Positions 40,591-50,823 are shown, numbered from the stretch's first letter. The stretch: 64,000 nucleotides of DNA from Verrucomicrobiaceae bacterium (GCA_051252135.1 JBPOGH010000016.1:32001-96000); one strand, 5' to 3'. The notes: generated by a model not told the origin, from the sequence alone. A program made the numbers and translations.

Positions 40591-40667
40591 CCCCGGATCG
40601 CCCCCATTCGGCGATCCATCATTTTCACTTGCGCCAACCCCGATACGAGACGAGTGGTCACCACGCC

Positions 40668-41282
40668 ATGACCTCGTTTCTTATCAATCCCATAACCACC
40701 TTCGTAGCAGGCAGCATCCTCACCCTGCTCGTTCTGGGATTCAGCCTTTCATCCGCCACCGGACCGAACCTGACCGCGGACAAGGTCAAAGCCTACCGCG
40801 CCGCCATGGCCAAGGCCGGCATCAACGGACCCGCCGCCGGATCACCTGAAGAAAAAGCCGCCCTCGAGCGCTTCCAGAACTTTCTCAAAAACGTCGGAGA
40901 CAAAGACTACATCGAGCAGGAAACCGCCAAAGCATACGCCCCCGGCGCTTACCTCGATGACACCATCGTCACCCACCACGGCCCCAAGGAGATCAAAGCG
41001 TATTTCCTCCAAACCGCCGACACCATGACCGCCTTCGAGGTCACCATCGACGACGTCTCCCGCTCCGGCCCCGACCACTACGTCCGCTGGACCATGATCT
41101 TCTCCGCTCCCAAGCTCGGCGGCGGAGAACCCATCCACTCCGTCGGCATCAGCCAGGTCCGCTTCAATGAAGAAGGTCAGGTCGCCTTCCATCAGGACTT
41201 TTGGGACTCCGGACAAAACATCTACGGCCAAATCCCCGTCGTCGGCGGCTTGATTAACATCATTCAAAATCGCATGAAGTAG
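40668..41282 (+). CDS. SnoaL/NTF2-like membrane-anchored protein
   Basis: AYLDD...HGPKEIKAYF, VRWTM and GISQVRF..G.VAFHQDFWD. Confidence 0.8.
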   Translation: MTSFLINPITTFVAGSILTLLVLGFSLSSATGPNLTADKVKAYRAAMAKAGINGPAAGSPEEKAALERFQNFLKNVGDKDYIEQETAKAYAPGAYLDDTIVTHHGPKEIKAYFLQTADTMTAFEVTIDDVSRSGPDHYVRWTMIFSAPKLGGGEPIHSVGISQVRFNEEGQVAFHQDFWDSGQNIYGQIPVVGGLINIIQNRMK

Positions 41283-41307
41283 GTTCCCCTTCTCCCTTCG
41301 ATCAAAA

Positions 41308-42279
41308 ATGAAGCCTCCACCCCAACAACCAAGCCCCACTCTCTTCAGGGTCCTTGGCCAATGGCTGGATTCCGACTACCGGCGCGAAGACCAACCTGAT
41401 CCCGCCACCCTCCCCGATAAGATCAACTGGGAGCGCACCCTCCCCTTCCTCTTCCTCCACCTCGGCTGCCTCGCCGTCATCTGGGTCGGCTTCAGCTGGG
41501 TCTCCGCCCTCGCCGCCATCCTCCTCTACCTCGTCCGGATGTTCGCCATCACCGGATTCTACCACCGCTACTTTTCCCACAAGACCTTCAAGACCTCCCG
41601 CGTCATGCAGTTCCTCTTCGCTGCCCTCGGGAACTCCTCCATGCAACGAGGGCCCCTCTGGTGGGCCGCCACCCATCGCCATCACCACAAGCACTCCGAC
41701 GAAGAAGTCGACCCCCACTCCCCCGTCGCCCACGGCTTCGCCTGGTCACACATCGGATGGCTCACTTCGATGAAAAACTTTCCCACCGACTACGACAGCA
41801 TCGCCGATCTCAAAAAATTTCCCGAGCTCGTCTTCCTCAACCGCTTCGATCAACTCGTCCCCCTCGTCTACGGCCTCACCATGCTCGCCCTCGGCGCCCT
41901 CCTCGAGTTCCTCTTCCCCGCCACCGGCGTCACCATGGGCCAGTTCTTCATCTGGACCTTCTTCATCTCCACCACCGTCCTCCTCCACGGCACTCTCTTC
42001 ATCAACTCCCTCGCCCACGTCTGGGGAAAACGCCGCTATCAAACCGACGACGACTCACGCAACTCACTCCTCCTCGCCATCATCACTCTCGGCGAGGGCT
42101 GGCATAACAACCACCACCGCTACCCCCACGCCACCCGTCAGGGTTTTCGCTGGTGGGAAATCGACCCCACCTACTACGGCCTCAAATTCCTCTCCTGGTG
42201 CGGCCTCATCTGGGACCTCCGCCCCGTCCCTCAACGCGTCATCGACGAAGCTCGCACTTCGCGAAATGACGCCGCCTAA
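41308..42279 (+). CDS. Acyl-CoA/lipid delta-9-type desaturase
   Basis: His boxes HRYFSH, HRHHH and HNNHH; INSLAH. Confidence 0.92.
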   Translation: MKPPPQQPSPTLFRVLGQWLDSDYRREDQPDPATLPDKINWERTLPFLFLHLGCLAVIWVGFSWVSALAAILLYLVRMFAITGFYHRYFSHKTFKTSRVMQFLFAALGNSSMQRGPLWWAATHRHHHKHSDEEVDPHSPVAHGFAWSHIGWLTSMKNFPTDYDSIADLKKFPELVFLNRFDQLVPLVYGLTMLALGALLEFLFPATGVTMGQFFIWTFFISTTVLLHGTLFINSLAHVWGKRRYQTDDDSRNSLLLAIITLGEGWHNNHHRYPHATRQGFRWWEIDPTYYGLKFLSWCGLIWDLRPVPQRVIDEARTSRNDAA

Positions 42280-42282
42280 AAG

Positions 42283-43539
42283 ATGAATCGCAAACGCATC
42301 GCCATCATCGGTTCCGGAATCTCCGGCATGGGCTGTGCGCACTTCCTGCACCCGCACCACGACATCACCCTCTTCGAAAAGGACCACCGCATCGGCGGCC
42401 ATTCCAACACCGTCACCACTCGCGAGGACGACCGCGACCTCCCCATCGACACCGGCTTCATGGTCTACAATGAAGTCACCTACCCCCTCCTCACCCGCCT
42501 CTTCAAGGAGCTAGACGTCGAGACCCGGGAAACCTCGATGTCCTTCAGCGTCCAACATCTACAGGACCGACTCGAGTTCAATGGCGGCAGCCTCAACCTC
42601 CTCTTCAGCCAGCGCAAAAACCTCTTCCGCCCGCGCTTCTGGAAGATGCTTCTCCAGATCAATCGCTTCAACAAGGAGACCGTCGCCGAGATCAAGGACC
42701 CGCAGCATCCCGAAATGACGCTCGCCCAATACGTCGACCACCGCGGCTACGGACAGGATTTTCTCAACTGGTACCTCGCCCCCATGGCCGCCGCCGTCTG
42801 GTCCAGTCCGCCCGATCTCATCGCAGACTTCCCCGCCCACGCCCTGATGAAGTTCTGGCACAACCACGGCTTCCTCGGTCTCGACACCCAGCACCAATGG
42901 CGCACCGTCTGCGGCGGCTCGCGCGAATACGTCAAAAAAATCATCGCTCCCTTCGCCGACCGCATCGTCCGCGACCAAACCGTCCAATCGATCACTCCTT
43001 ACAACGCGCTCACCTTCACCGACGGCTCCCCGCAGCAGTTCGATATCGTCATCAGCGCCGCTCACGGCGACCAGGCCCGCCGCCTCCTCACTTCCCCCAC
43101 CCCGCTCGAAGCGGAAGTCCTCGACTGCTTCTCCTACCAACCCAATCTCGCCGTCCTCCACACCGATGAACGATTCATGCCCCGCACGAAACGCTGCTGG
43201 GCTTCGTGGAACTACCGCATCGATCACGGAAAAAACTCCACCATCTACTGGATGAACAGCCTCCAGGGCGTCTCCAAAAAAACAAACTACTTCGTCTCCA
43301 TCAACCCCTCGTCTCCCATCGACGACTCCAAGGTCGTCCAACGCCTCGACTACGAGCACCCCCTCTTCGACCTCCGCGCCATCGCCGCCCAAAAACGCAT
43401 CCCCGAGCTCCATCAGGCCGGCGCTTCAACCGACCGCTACTTCTGCGGCGCATGGCAGCGCAACGGCTTCCACGAGGACGGCCTCTGGTCCGCCTACCAA
43501 CTCTGCACCGCCCTCCTCGGAAAGGAACCCTGGTCATGA
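42283..43539 (+). CDS. FAD-dependent amine-oxidase-like oxidoreductase (UfaD-like)
   Basis: IAIIGSGISG, GGHSNT, DTGFMVYN..TYP, WASWNY and GFHEDG. Confidence 0.85.
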   Translation: MNRKRIAIIGSGISGMGCAHFLHPHHDITLFEKDHRIGGHSNTVTTREDDRDLPIDTGFMVYNEVTYPLLTRLFKELDVETRETSMSFSVQHLQDRLEFNGGSLNLLFSQRKNLFRPRFWKMLLQINRFNKETVAEIKDPQHPEMTLAQYVDHRGYGQDFLNWYLAPMAAAVWSSPPDLIADFPAHALMKFWHNHGFLGLDTQHQWRTVCGGSREYVKKIIAPFADRIVRDQTVQSITPYNALTFTDGSPQQFDIVISAAHGDQARRLLTSPTPLEAEVLDCFSYQPNLAVLHTDERFMPRTKRCWASWNYRIDHGKNSTIYWMNSLQGVSKKTNYFVSINPSSPIDDSKVVQRLDYEHPLFDLRAIAAQKRIPELHQAGASTDRYFCGAWQRNGFHEDGLWSAYQLCTALLGKEPWS

Positions 43540-44315
43540 CCTCCGCGCTCTACGAATGCGACGTCATGCACCGGCGCCTCAAACCCAAGCAAAAGGCGTT
43601 CTCCTACAAGGTCTTCATGCTCAGCATCGATCTCGACAACTTCCCCCGCCTCCCCTTCCTCGGCCACAACCGCTTCAGCCTCTTCGCCCTCAACGACCGC
43701 GACCACATCGACCTCGGACTCCCCGGCGGCATCCGCCCAAATCTCGCCGCCTGGCTCGCCCAACAAAACGTCACCCTCTCTCCAACTTCCTCCGTCCGCC
43801 TCGTCACCTTCCCCACCGTCCTCGGCTACGGCTTCAACCCCGTCTCCTTCTACTACGTCACCGATGAAAACGGGGAACCCGAGTTCGCTGTCGCGGAAGT
43901 CTGCAACACCTTCCGCGAAATGAAACTCTTCCTCGTCGATGGAAAAGCCGACGCCGCCTGGCACAAGCGCATCGCCAAAAACTTCTACGTCTCACCCTTC
44001 TCCGATCCCGGCGACGCCTTCAATTTCAAGCTCGGAATCCCCGGCGAACACCTCCGCGTCAACATCGACAACATCGAGGACGACGGCACTTCGCTCATCA
44101 CCACCGTCCGCGGCCAACGCCACCCCCTCACCTCCGCCCGCCTCCTCTGGTTCTCCCTCAAGTATCCCCTCCTCTCGCTTAAGATCATCACCATGATCCA
44201 CTGGCAGGCCCTCAAGCTCTGGCTCAAAAAAGTCCGCCTCTTCCGCAAGACCGACCGCCCCGAAGCCCAAACCGACGTCCTTCGCCCACACTCCTCAATC
44301 ACACGCAAACCATGA
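43536..44315 (+). CDS. DUF1365 protein (UfaO-like)
   Basis: VMHRR, GYGFNPVSFYY, AEVCNTF, KNFYVSPF and IHWQALKLWLK; ATGA-coupled on both sides. Confidence 0.85.
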   Translation: MTSALYECDVMHRRLKPKQKAFSYKVFMLSIDLDNFPRLPFLGHNRFSLFALNDRDHIDLGLPGGIRPNLAAWLAQQNVTLSPTSSVRLVTFPTVLGYGFNPVSFYYVTDENGEPEFAVAEVCNTFREMKLFLVDGKADAAWHKRIAKNFYVSPFSDPGDAFNFKLGIPGEHLRVNIDNIEDDGTSLITTVRGQRHPLTSARLLWFSLKYPLLSLKIITMIHWQALKLWLKKVRLFRKTDRPEAQTDVLRPHSSITRKP

Positions 44316-45571
44316 GCACCTCAGCACCAGCCAAAAACGGACTCCCCGAGAAACTCGTCCTCGGACTCCTCAACAAAATGCCCCTCGGCAAACTCCGCCT
44401 CGAGTATGCCGATGGCTCAGTCCGTCACTTCGGCGACGAAAAATCGGAGGTCACCGCCAGCGTCAAAATCAACAACGACGAGGAGTTCTTCAAGCGCTGC
44501 GCCTACTACGGAAACGTCGGCATGGGCGAGGCCTATACCGATGGCATCTGGGACACTCCCGACATCCGAGCTGTCATCTCCTGGTTCATCTTCAACATGG
44601 AAGCACTCCAGGGATCGGATACCGCCTCCGACAAACTCCCCGGCGTCAACCTCCTCAAAATCGTCAACTGGTTCCGCCACCTCAAGCGCGCTAACACCGT
44701 CGAGACCAGCCGCCGTAACATCTCCGAGCACTACGATCTCGGCAACGAGTTCTACTCCCTCTGGCTCGATGAAACGATGACCTACTCCTGCGCCAAGTTC
44801 GAATATCCAGACGCCGCTTTCGCCGACGCCCAGTCCGCAAAATACGAAGCCCTCTGCCAAAAACTCAAACTCAAGCCCGGCGACACCGTCCTCGAAATCG
44901 GCTGCGGCTGGGGAGGCTTCGGCGTCCATGCCGCCAAAAACCACGGCGTCAAAGTCACCGGCGTCACCATCTCCCAGGCCCAGGCCGACTACGCCCGCGA
45001 ACGCATCAAGCGCGAAGGACTCGAAGACCAATTCGAAGTCCTCATCCAGGACTACCGCCACATCAAGGGCCAGTTCGATAAGATCGTCTCCATCGAAATG
45101 ATCGAGGCCGTCGGCCACAAATTCCACGAGCCCTTCTTCGCCAAATGCCACGAGGTCCTCGCCCCCGATGGCCTCCTCGCCATCCAGATGATCACCGTCC
45201 CCGACAACCGCTACCAAAGCCTCACCAAAGGCGTCGACTGGATCCAAAAAGTCGTCTTCCCCGGCTCCCTCCTCATGAGCATCGGCCGCGTCAACGACGT
45301 CCTTGCCAAGACCTCCGACATGTTCCTCCACGACCTCGAAGACTTCGGCGCCTACTACGTCCAGACCCTCCAAAACTGGCACCAACGCTTCAATGCCGCC
45401 CGCGAAAAACTCCCCGCCCTCGGCTTCGACGAACCCTTCATCCGCACCTGGAACTACTACCTCAAATACTGCGAAGCCGGCTTCAACACCCGCAACATCT
45501 CCGTCGTCCAAGCCGTCTACACCCGCCCCAACAACCCAACCCTCACCACCCCCCAACAAAGCAATTCCTAA
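44312..45571 (+). CDS. cfa: Cyclopropane-fatty-acyl-phospholipid synthase family methyltransferase
   Basis: NISEHYDLGNEFY, MTYSCA, LEIGCGWG, SIEMIEAVG and FPGS. Confidence 0.9.
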   Translation: MSTSAPAKNGLPEKLVLGLLNKMPLGKLRLEYADGSVRHFGDEKSEVTASVKINNDEEFFKRCAYYGNVGMGEAYTDGIWDTPDIRAVISWFIFNMEALQGSDTASDKLPGVNLLKIVNWFRHLKRANTVETSRRNISEHYDLGNEFYSLWLDETMTYSCAKFEYPDAAFADAQSAKYEALCQKLKLKPGDTVLEIGCGWGGFGVHAAKNHGVKVTGVTISQAQADYARERIKREGLEDQFEVLIQDYRHIKGQFDKIVSIEMIEAVGHKFHEPFFAKCHEVLAPDGLLAIQMITVPDNRYQSLTKGVDWIQKVVFPGSLLMSIGRVNDVLAKTSDMFLHDLEDFGAYYVQTLQNWHQRFNAAREKLPALGFDEPFIRTWNYYLKYCEAGFNTRNISVVQAVYTRPNNPTLTTPQQSNS

Positions 45572-45615
45572 TCCCTAATTCTAAATTCCAAATTCTCCAC
45601 CCTCCCTCCAACCCC

Positions 45616-46128
45616 ATGCCGCCCACCAACATCGCCCCCGCCCCCCGCCCCTGGTGGCATCGCTGGTTCATTCAACCCGTCGCCCGGCAGCTCACCCAAG
45701 GCATCTCCCCCGAAAAACTCGGCTGGACCATCGCCGCCGGCATCGTCCTCGGCATCTTCCCCATCATGGGAACCACCACCTTCATCTGCTTCGCCGCCGC
45801 CTGGCTCCTCAAGCTCAACCAACCCGTCATCCAGACCGCCTGCCACGCCGTCTACGCCCTCCATCTCGCCCTCATCCTCGTCTTCATCCGCGCCGGACAA
45901 GCCCTCTTCGGCGCCGACCCCATCCCCTTTTCCATCTCCCAACTCCTCGGCCGCTTCACCGATGACCCGTGGCAATTCGCCAAAGACTTCGGCGTCGCCG
46001 CCCTCCAGGGCATCACCGCCTGGGCTCTTGTCGCCCCCCTCCTCCTCTTCGCCATCAAGCTCACCATCACTCCGGTCCTCGGACGCTTCGCCAAAAAACT
46101 CCAGCAACGAAAGGAGCTAGCCGCATGA
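45616..46128 (+). CDS. DUF2062-like membrane protein
   Basis: LTQGISPEKL...GIVLGIFPIMG...KLNQP. Confidence 0.75.
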   Translation: MPPTNIAPAPRPWWHRWFIQPVARQLTQGISPEKLGWTIAAGIVLGIFPIMGTTTFICFAAAWLLKLNQPVIQTACHAVYALHLALILVFIRAGQALFGADPIPFSISQLLGRFTDDPWQFAKDFGVAALQGITAWALVAPLLLFAIKLTITPVLGRFAKKLQQRKELAA

Positions 46129-46907
46129 ACGACTGGACCATCTTCCCCGGCGTCGGCCTCCTCATGCTCGCCATCTTCTCCCTCGCCTGGCACTGGGGAA
46201 AGACCATCAACAACTACTCCCTCGTCGATGCCTTCTGGGCCTTCGGCATCGCCCTCTCCGGCATCATCTTCGCTCTCCTCGGAAATGGCGACCTCCCCAA
46301 GCGCCTCGCCGCCGGATCCCTCGCCGCCTTCTGGGGCATCCGCCTCGGCTACCACCTTGCCAAGCGCATCCGCAAACATCACCCCACCGAAGACTCCCGC
46401 TACCAAAAACTCCGCGAAGTCTGGCGCGGCCGCGAAGCCTCCGCCTTCTTCTGGTTCTTTCAGGCCCAGGCCCTCTCCGTCCTCCTCCTCGCCCTCCCCT
46501 ATTTCCTCATCGCCCGCGACTCCTCACCCTGGGGACTCTTCGAAACCCTCGGCCTCACCGTCGCCCTCATCGGCATCGCCGGCGAAATCCTCTCCGACCA
46601 CCAACTCTCCCAATTCGTCGAACACCGCACCGATCCCAACGCCGTCTGCCAAACCGGCCTCTGGCGCTACTCCCGCCACCCCAACTACTTCTTCGAAATG
46701 GTCATCTGGATCGGCATCTACCTCTTCGCCTGCGGATCCGCCTACGGCTGGGCCACCATCCACGCCCCCCTCATCATCACCTTCCTTCTTCTCAAAGTCA
46801 CCGGCATCCCGCCCTCCGAAGCCTCGTCCCTCAAGAAAAAGGGCGACCGCTACCGCGCCTACCAACGCACCACCAGCCCCTTCATCCCCCTTCCTCCTAG
46901 AAAATAA
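46125..46907 (+). CDS. DUF1295 / steroid 5-alpha-reductase-like membrane protein
   Basis: VDAFW, EDSRY, GLWRYSRHPNYFFE and YQRTTSPFIP. Confidence 0.88.
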   Translation: MNDWTIFPGVGLLMLAIFSLAWHWGKTINNYSLVDAFWAFGIALSGIIFALLGNGDLPKRLAAGSLAAFWGIRLGYHLAKRIRKHHPTEDSRYQKLREVWRGREASAFFWFFQAQALSVLLLALPYFLIARDSSPWGLFETLGLTVALIGIAGEILSDHQLSQFVEHRTDPNAVCQTGLWRYSRHPNYFFEMVIWIGIYLFACGSAYGWATIHAPLIITFLLLKVTGIPPSEASSLKKKGDRYRAYQRTTSPFIPLPPRK

Positions 46908-47945
46908 ATGAGCACCATCGACGACCTCCTCGCCAAGGACATCCTCCCCGACTTCCTCATCCGCTACGGCATCCGCCAGCGCCTCCGGGAAACGCTCGAC
47001 CCCTTCGAAAAACTCGACCCCGAAGGCCGGCAAAAACTCCTCATGGAGCACATCGCCGACCTCAAGTCCTCCCCCATCGCCATCGCCACCAATGAGGCCA
47101 ACGAGCAACACTACGAGCTCCCCACCGCCTTCTTCCAAAAGTGCCTCGGACCCCACATGAAGTACTCCTCCGGCTACTGGGACCCCGGCGTCACCGACAT
47201 CAAGACCTCCGAGGGACGCATGCTCGCCCTCACCTGCGAGCGCGCGAATCTAAAAGACGGCGACCGCATCCTCGAGCTCGGCTGCGGCTGGGGCTCCCTC
47301 ACCCTCTGGATGGCAAAACACTTCCCCAATTCACAAATCACCGCCGTCTCGAACTCCCGCACCCAGAAGGAATACATCGACGCCCAAGCCCAGGAACGCG
47401 GCCTCACCAACATCGAGATCAAAACCGTCAACATGATCGACTACCAAGGCGAAGGAACAGAGCTTTTCGACCGCGCCGTCTCCGTCGAAATGTTCGAGCA
47501 CATGAAGAACTACCAGCTTCTGTTAGAACGCATCTCCACCTGGCTCAAACCCGGCGGCACCCTCTTCGTCCACATCTTCACCCACCGCGAATACGCCTAC
47601 CACTACGAGGCCAAAAACGAAGACGACTGGATGGCCCGCTACTTCTTCACCGGAGGCCAAATGCCCTCCGACGACCTCCTCCTCTACTTCCAGGACCACC
47701 TCAGGATCGACGACCACTGGCAGGTCCCCGGCACCCACTACGCCAAAACCTCCGAAGCCTGGCTCGCCCTCATGGACCAACACGCCGACGAACTCAAACC
47801 CCTCATTTCCGAAACCTACGGCGCCGACCAAGCCAAAAAATGGTGGGTCTGGTGGCGCTGCTTCTACCTCGCCTGCGCCGAACTCTGGGCCTTCAAAAAC
47901 GGCCAAGAATGGATCGTCTCCCACTACCGCTTCAAAAAGCCATAG
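46908..47945 (+). CDS. SAM-dependent methyltransferase (Cfa-like, second type)
   Basis: ANEQHYE, KYSSGYW, LELGCGWGS, SVEMFEHM and YFFTGGQMPS. Confidence 0.88.
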   Translation: MSTIDDLLAKDILPDFLIRYGIRQRLRETLDPFEKLDPEGRQKLLMEHIADLKSSPIAIATNEANEQHYELPTAFFQKCLGPHMKYSSGYWDPGVTDIKTSEGRMLALTCERANLKDGDRILELGCGWGSLTLWMAKHFPNSQITAVSNSRTQKEYIDAQAQERGLTNIEIKTVNMIDYQGEGTELFDRAVSVEMFEHMKNYQLLLERISTWLKPGGTLFVHIFTHREYAYHYEAKNEDDWMARYFFTGGQMPSDDLLLYFQDHLRIDDHWQVPGTHYAKTSEAWLALMDQHADELKPLISETYGADQAKKWWVWWRCFYLACAELWAFKNGQEWIVSHYRFKKP

Positions 47946-47974
47946 CACAATCGGATCGTCCACAACTCCAGACG

Positions 47975-48116
47975 GTCCTGAAGGGACAAAAAAACAAAGC
48001 ATGGGGCTTCAGCCCCATGCTCAAGGCTCCCCAGCTCCGAAGGAGCGTCAGGCATATAGCCCCCAGCCTCGGCTGGGGGATCCCCCGCACCCAGAGATTC
48101 CAAGCTCCGAAGGTGC
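47975..48116. repeat. Cluster of REP-like palindromes downstream of transposase remnant
   Basis: gtcctgaagggac; gcatggggcttcagccccatgc; gctccgaaggagc; cccccagcctcggctggggg; gctccgaaggtgc. Confidence 0.75.
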
Positions 48117-48130
48117 GCAGGCACAGGCTT

Positions 48131-48187
48131 TCAATCAGTCGCATCCTCGCTGTATTCGAGATCATGCTTCTCGCCGAATTCACGGAA
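48131..48187 (-). pseudogene. Probable C-terminal fragment of IS200/RAYT-type transposase
   Basis: Minus strand reads FREFGEKHDLEYSEDATD*, resembling the F.EF..KH..EY tail of these transposases. Same strand as 50883-51149. Confidence 0.55.
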
Positions 48188-48305
48188 TTAGGAAAAGGGC
48201 TCCAAAAGCCCTTAGAAGTTGCTAAGAATAATCGAACTGACAAGGTGGTTTCAGCAATTGCAACATATAAGACGCTGCACTTAATCTTGAAGCGAGCCAC
48301 ACAAA

Positions 48306-50366
48306 ATGAACGGACCATCAGATTCACCTAACAATGGGCGAGGGAATATCGTCGCATTGAATATAGGTGACCTTGACCGAATGAAGAGGCTTTATAAAGG
48401 CTTCAAAAAAGATCTTGGATTTTTCCCAGATGGAGCATTTAGACAATACTTGTCCGGCGGCGAATGTCTCGGAGTTATCGATTCTGAGAAGAAACTACGG
48501 GGCTACTTGATCTTTAATGAGGGAACCGACGGAGTTCGAATAATTCAAATCTGTGTCTGTCCATCTACCCACGGAAAGGGTTATGCTAAACGTCTGGTAG
48601 ACAAGCTGAAATCTAAATTTTCGTCGAAGCTTTATCTTAGGTTGAAATGCCGAAGAGACTTTGATGCCCACAGGTTTTGGACTCACATGGGGTTTGTCGT
48701 TCACAATGAGGAGGTAGGAAAATCTAAGGAAGGCCATATTCTTTCCAACTTTTACTTTCGATTTTCGAAAGCTCCGAATCAAGACTTACTCAGTTTGATC
48801 GATTCTATGGCGGATGATCGACTCGCCGCAGTAATCGATGCTCAGATCTTTTTCGATATTTTCGAGGACCCAAGCCCAAAGAACCTGGCCTCGCAAAATT
48901 TGACTTCGGGATTTTCTGAGGAAAGGTGTCGCTTGTTTATATCGGACGAGACATTGGCTGAGATTGACAGGAAAGATGACCGAGTTCTACGAAAAGAATC
49001 CAGAGATCGCGCGCGAGGATTTGACTCTATTCCTTTCGATCATGCACGAGCTGATTTATTGACAACAGAACTGAAGTCGATCCTTCCTCATAAGACTCCA
49101 AATCAGATATCAGACATTAGACAGATTGCAAAAGCCGCAGCCTCTTCCGCTGACTGCTTTCTCACTCGGGACGAACTTCTCTCTTCGAGAAGCAATGAGA
49201 TATTAGAACTGACTGGCCTTGAAGTGTTGAGACCGACGGAGTTCCTTCTAGAGCTACACGAAAAAAGTCGGCACCGCCCCCATTCACCACGCTTTATCGC
49301 GGGAATGAGCCTTAAATGGGAAAGGCTTTCTTCAACATTTCTGAAAGCGCTGGACGTTGGACTTTTCACGCTTGCTGGCGAACGCTCCACACAACTGAGA
49401 AATTTTCTGGAAGATAGTTGCGTGGATACTACCCAACAGGTTTGCGAAATCCTCAGAGCTAGTGATCTGACTGTCGGAATCCGTGTTTTACGGAAATCTG
49501 GAGATTCCGAGCTTGAGCTTTCATTTATCAGGTTGAGCCGGGAATCGACCAATCCTGATATTTTTCAGCGATTTTTACTGGCTGACACAATAAAATCGGC
49601 CTCTGAGCAGGGGAGAGAAATCATCAAACTCACCGACACTCGCTCAGAAGCGCTTTTTGGTTCAGCATTGGATCATCTCGGTTTCGCTCGAGTTGGGCTT
49701 TTTTTTGTCCGCCTTATCATCCCCGAGGTCACTGACCGCAGCAGGGCAGCTAGAATCACTCAGAAACTCGGGTTTCAGGACCTCTCTAGTTTTTCCGATG
49801 AACAGATGGAACGCCTTTGTGCACCGATGCAGATTTCACCTCGTCGCCTGTTCTTTATGATTCCAATAATTCCGAATTTTGCGAGGCAGATGTTGGATGA
49901 TCGAGCGGCTCAACAGGATATGTTCGCAGAAAAGGCCCAAGTTTTTCTCAGAACTGAGAACGTTTTCTACCGGACTCACTCCCGGCATCACATGCTTAAT
50001 GCTCCAGCCCGCATCCTTTGGTATGTAAGCGGAGAAGTAGGAGAACTCATTGCCGTTTCAGATTTGGATCAAGTGGTTTCCGGCGAAGCCAAGCAGCTAT
50101 TTAAAACTTTCAAAAAATTTGGAGTTCTCGATTGGAGAGAAGTACTTGAGGTATGCCAGGCGTCGGCTCATCAGAAAATCATGGCACTCAAATTTTCAAA
50201 CACCCATCCATTCGAGAAACCACTGCCCCTCAAATTACTGCGTCAAATATTTTCAGATCAAGGCCACAGTCTAGTCCTCCAATCGCCCTGTCAGGTTTCT
50301 CGTGAAGTTGCACAGAAACTCTTTAAAGTAGCATTTCCTTCCCATGCAGAAAAATTCCAATCGTAA
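48306..50366 (+). CDS. GNAT - PIN - degenerate GNAT - PUA/EVE-like multidomain protein
   Basis: GNAT: QICVCPSTHGKGYA..L and FWTHMGF. PIN: VIDAQIFFD, ETLAEI and SDIRQIA..FLTRD. LDHLGF. PUA-like: MIPIIP...ENVFYR...ARILWYVSG. AT-rich. Confidence 0.75.
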   Translation: MNGPSDSPNNGRGNIVALNIGDLDRMKRLYKGFKKDLGFFPDGAFRQYLSGGECLGVIDSEKKLRGYLIFNEGTDGVRIIQICVCPSTHGKGYAKRLVDKLKSKFSSKLYLRLKCRRDFDAHRFWTHMGFVVHNEEVGKSKEGHILSNFYFRFSKAPNQDLLSLIDSMADDRLAAVIDAQIFFDIFEDPSPKNLASQNLTSGFSEERCRLFISDETLAEIDRKDDRVLRKESRDRARGFDSIPFDHARADLLTTELKSILPHKTPNQISDIRQIAKAAASSADCFLTRDELLSSRSNEILELTGLEVLRPTEFLLELHEKSRHRPHSPRFIAGMSLKWERLSSTFLKALDVGLFTLAGERSTQLRNFLEDSCVDTTQQVCEILRASDLTVGIRVLRKSGDSELELSFIRLSRESTNPDIFQRFLLADTIKSASEQGREIIKLTDTRSEALFGSALDHLGFARVGLFFVRLIIPEVTDRSRAARITQKLGFQDLSSFSDEQMERLCAPMQISPRRLFFMIPIIPNFARQMLDDRAAQQDMFAEKAQVFLRTENVFYRTHSRHHMLNAPARILWYVSGEVGELIAVSDLDQVVSGEAKQLFKTFKKFGVLDWREVLEVCQASAHQKIMALKFSNTHPFEKPLPLKLLRQIFSDQGHSLVLQSPCQVSREVAQKLFKVAFPSHAEKFQS

Positions 50367-50823
50367 GCCACTCTTGCTTTCCCTTAAGCCAATCTACGCC
50401 GATCTAGTATTTCTTGGTTTGAAGACAGCAGAGCTCCGGCGGAGGGTATCGAGTAGTCTGCAGAATCGGGACGTCTATGTCTATGTCTCTAGCCCCGTTA
50501 TGGAGTTGCGTGGCGGCTTCCGAGTAGGAGAAGTGTGGAAAGATTCTCCGGACAACATATGGGACTTGGTATCCAGTTTTGCGAAAGTGGATCGTGCTAC
50601 ATTTGACGGCTATTACGAGGGATCCAACGTGGCTTACGCTCTCGAAATCAAAGAGGTTTGGAAATACCGCACGGCACTTAGCCTTCACGACCTTCGACAA
50701 AAGTTCGAAAATTTCGTCGTCCCCCAATCCTACAGATATTTGAATGAGGCAGAGATGCGCTCAATTCCCCGACTCAAAAGGAGAGGGATTAGTGTTCCTT
50801 CGCCAAATACTAAAGCTGTTTAA
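50344..50823 (+). CDS. ASCH domain protein
   Basis: LLSLKPIYA....G.KTAELRR, VYVYVSSP and PQSYRYL; overlaps the upstream gene by 23 bp. Confidence 0.85.
   Translation: MQKNSNRKPLLLSLKPIYADLVFLGLKTAELRRRVSSSLQNRDVYVYVSSPVMELRGGFRVGEVWKDSPDNIWDLVSSFAKVDRATFDGYYEGSNVAYALEIKEVWKYRTALSLHDLRQKFENFVVPQSYRYLNEAEMRSIPRLKRRGISVPSPNTKAV

Noticed and set aside
47932..48331. ORFs 47932-48327, 48001-48225 and 47141-48331
   Set aside because: They run across REP palindromes and the island junction; no protein-like features.
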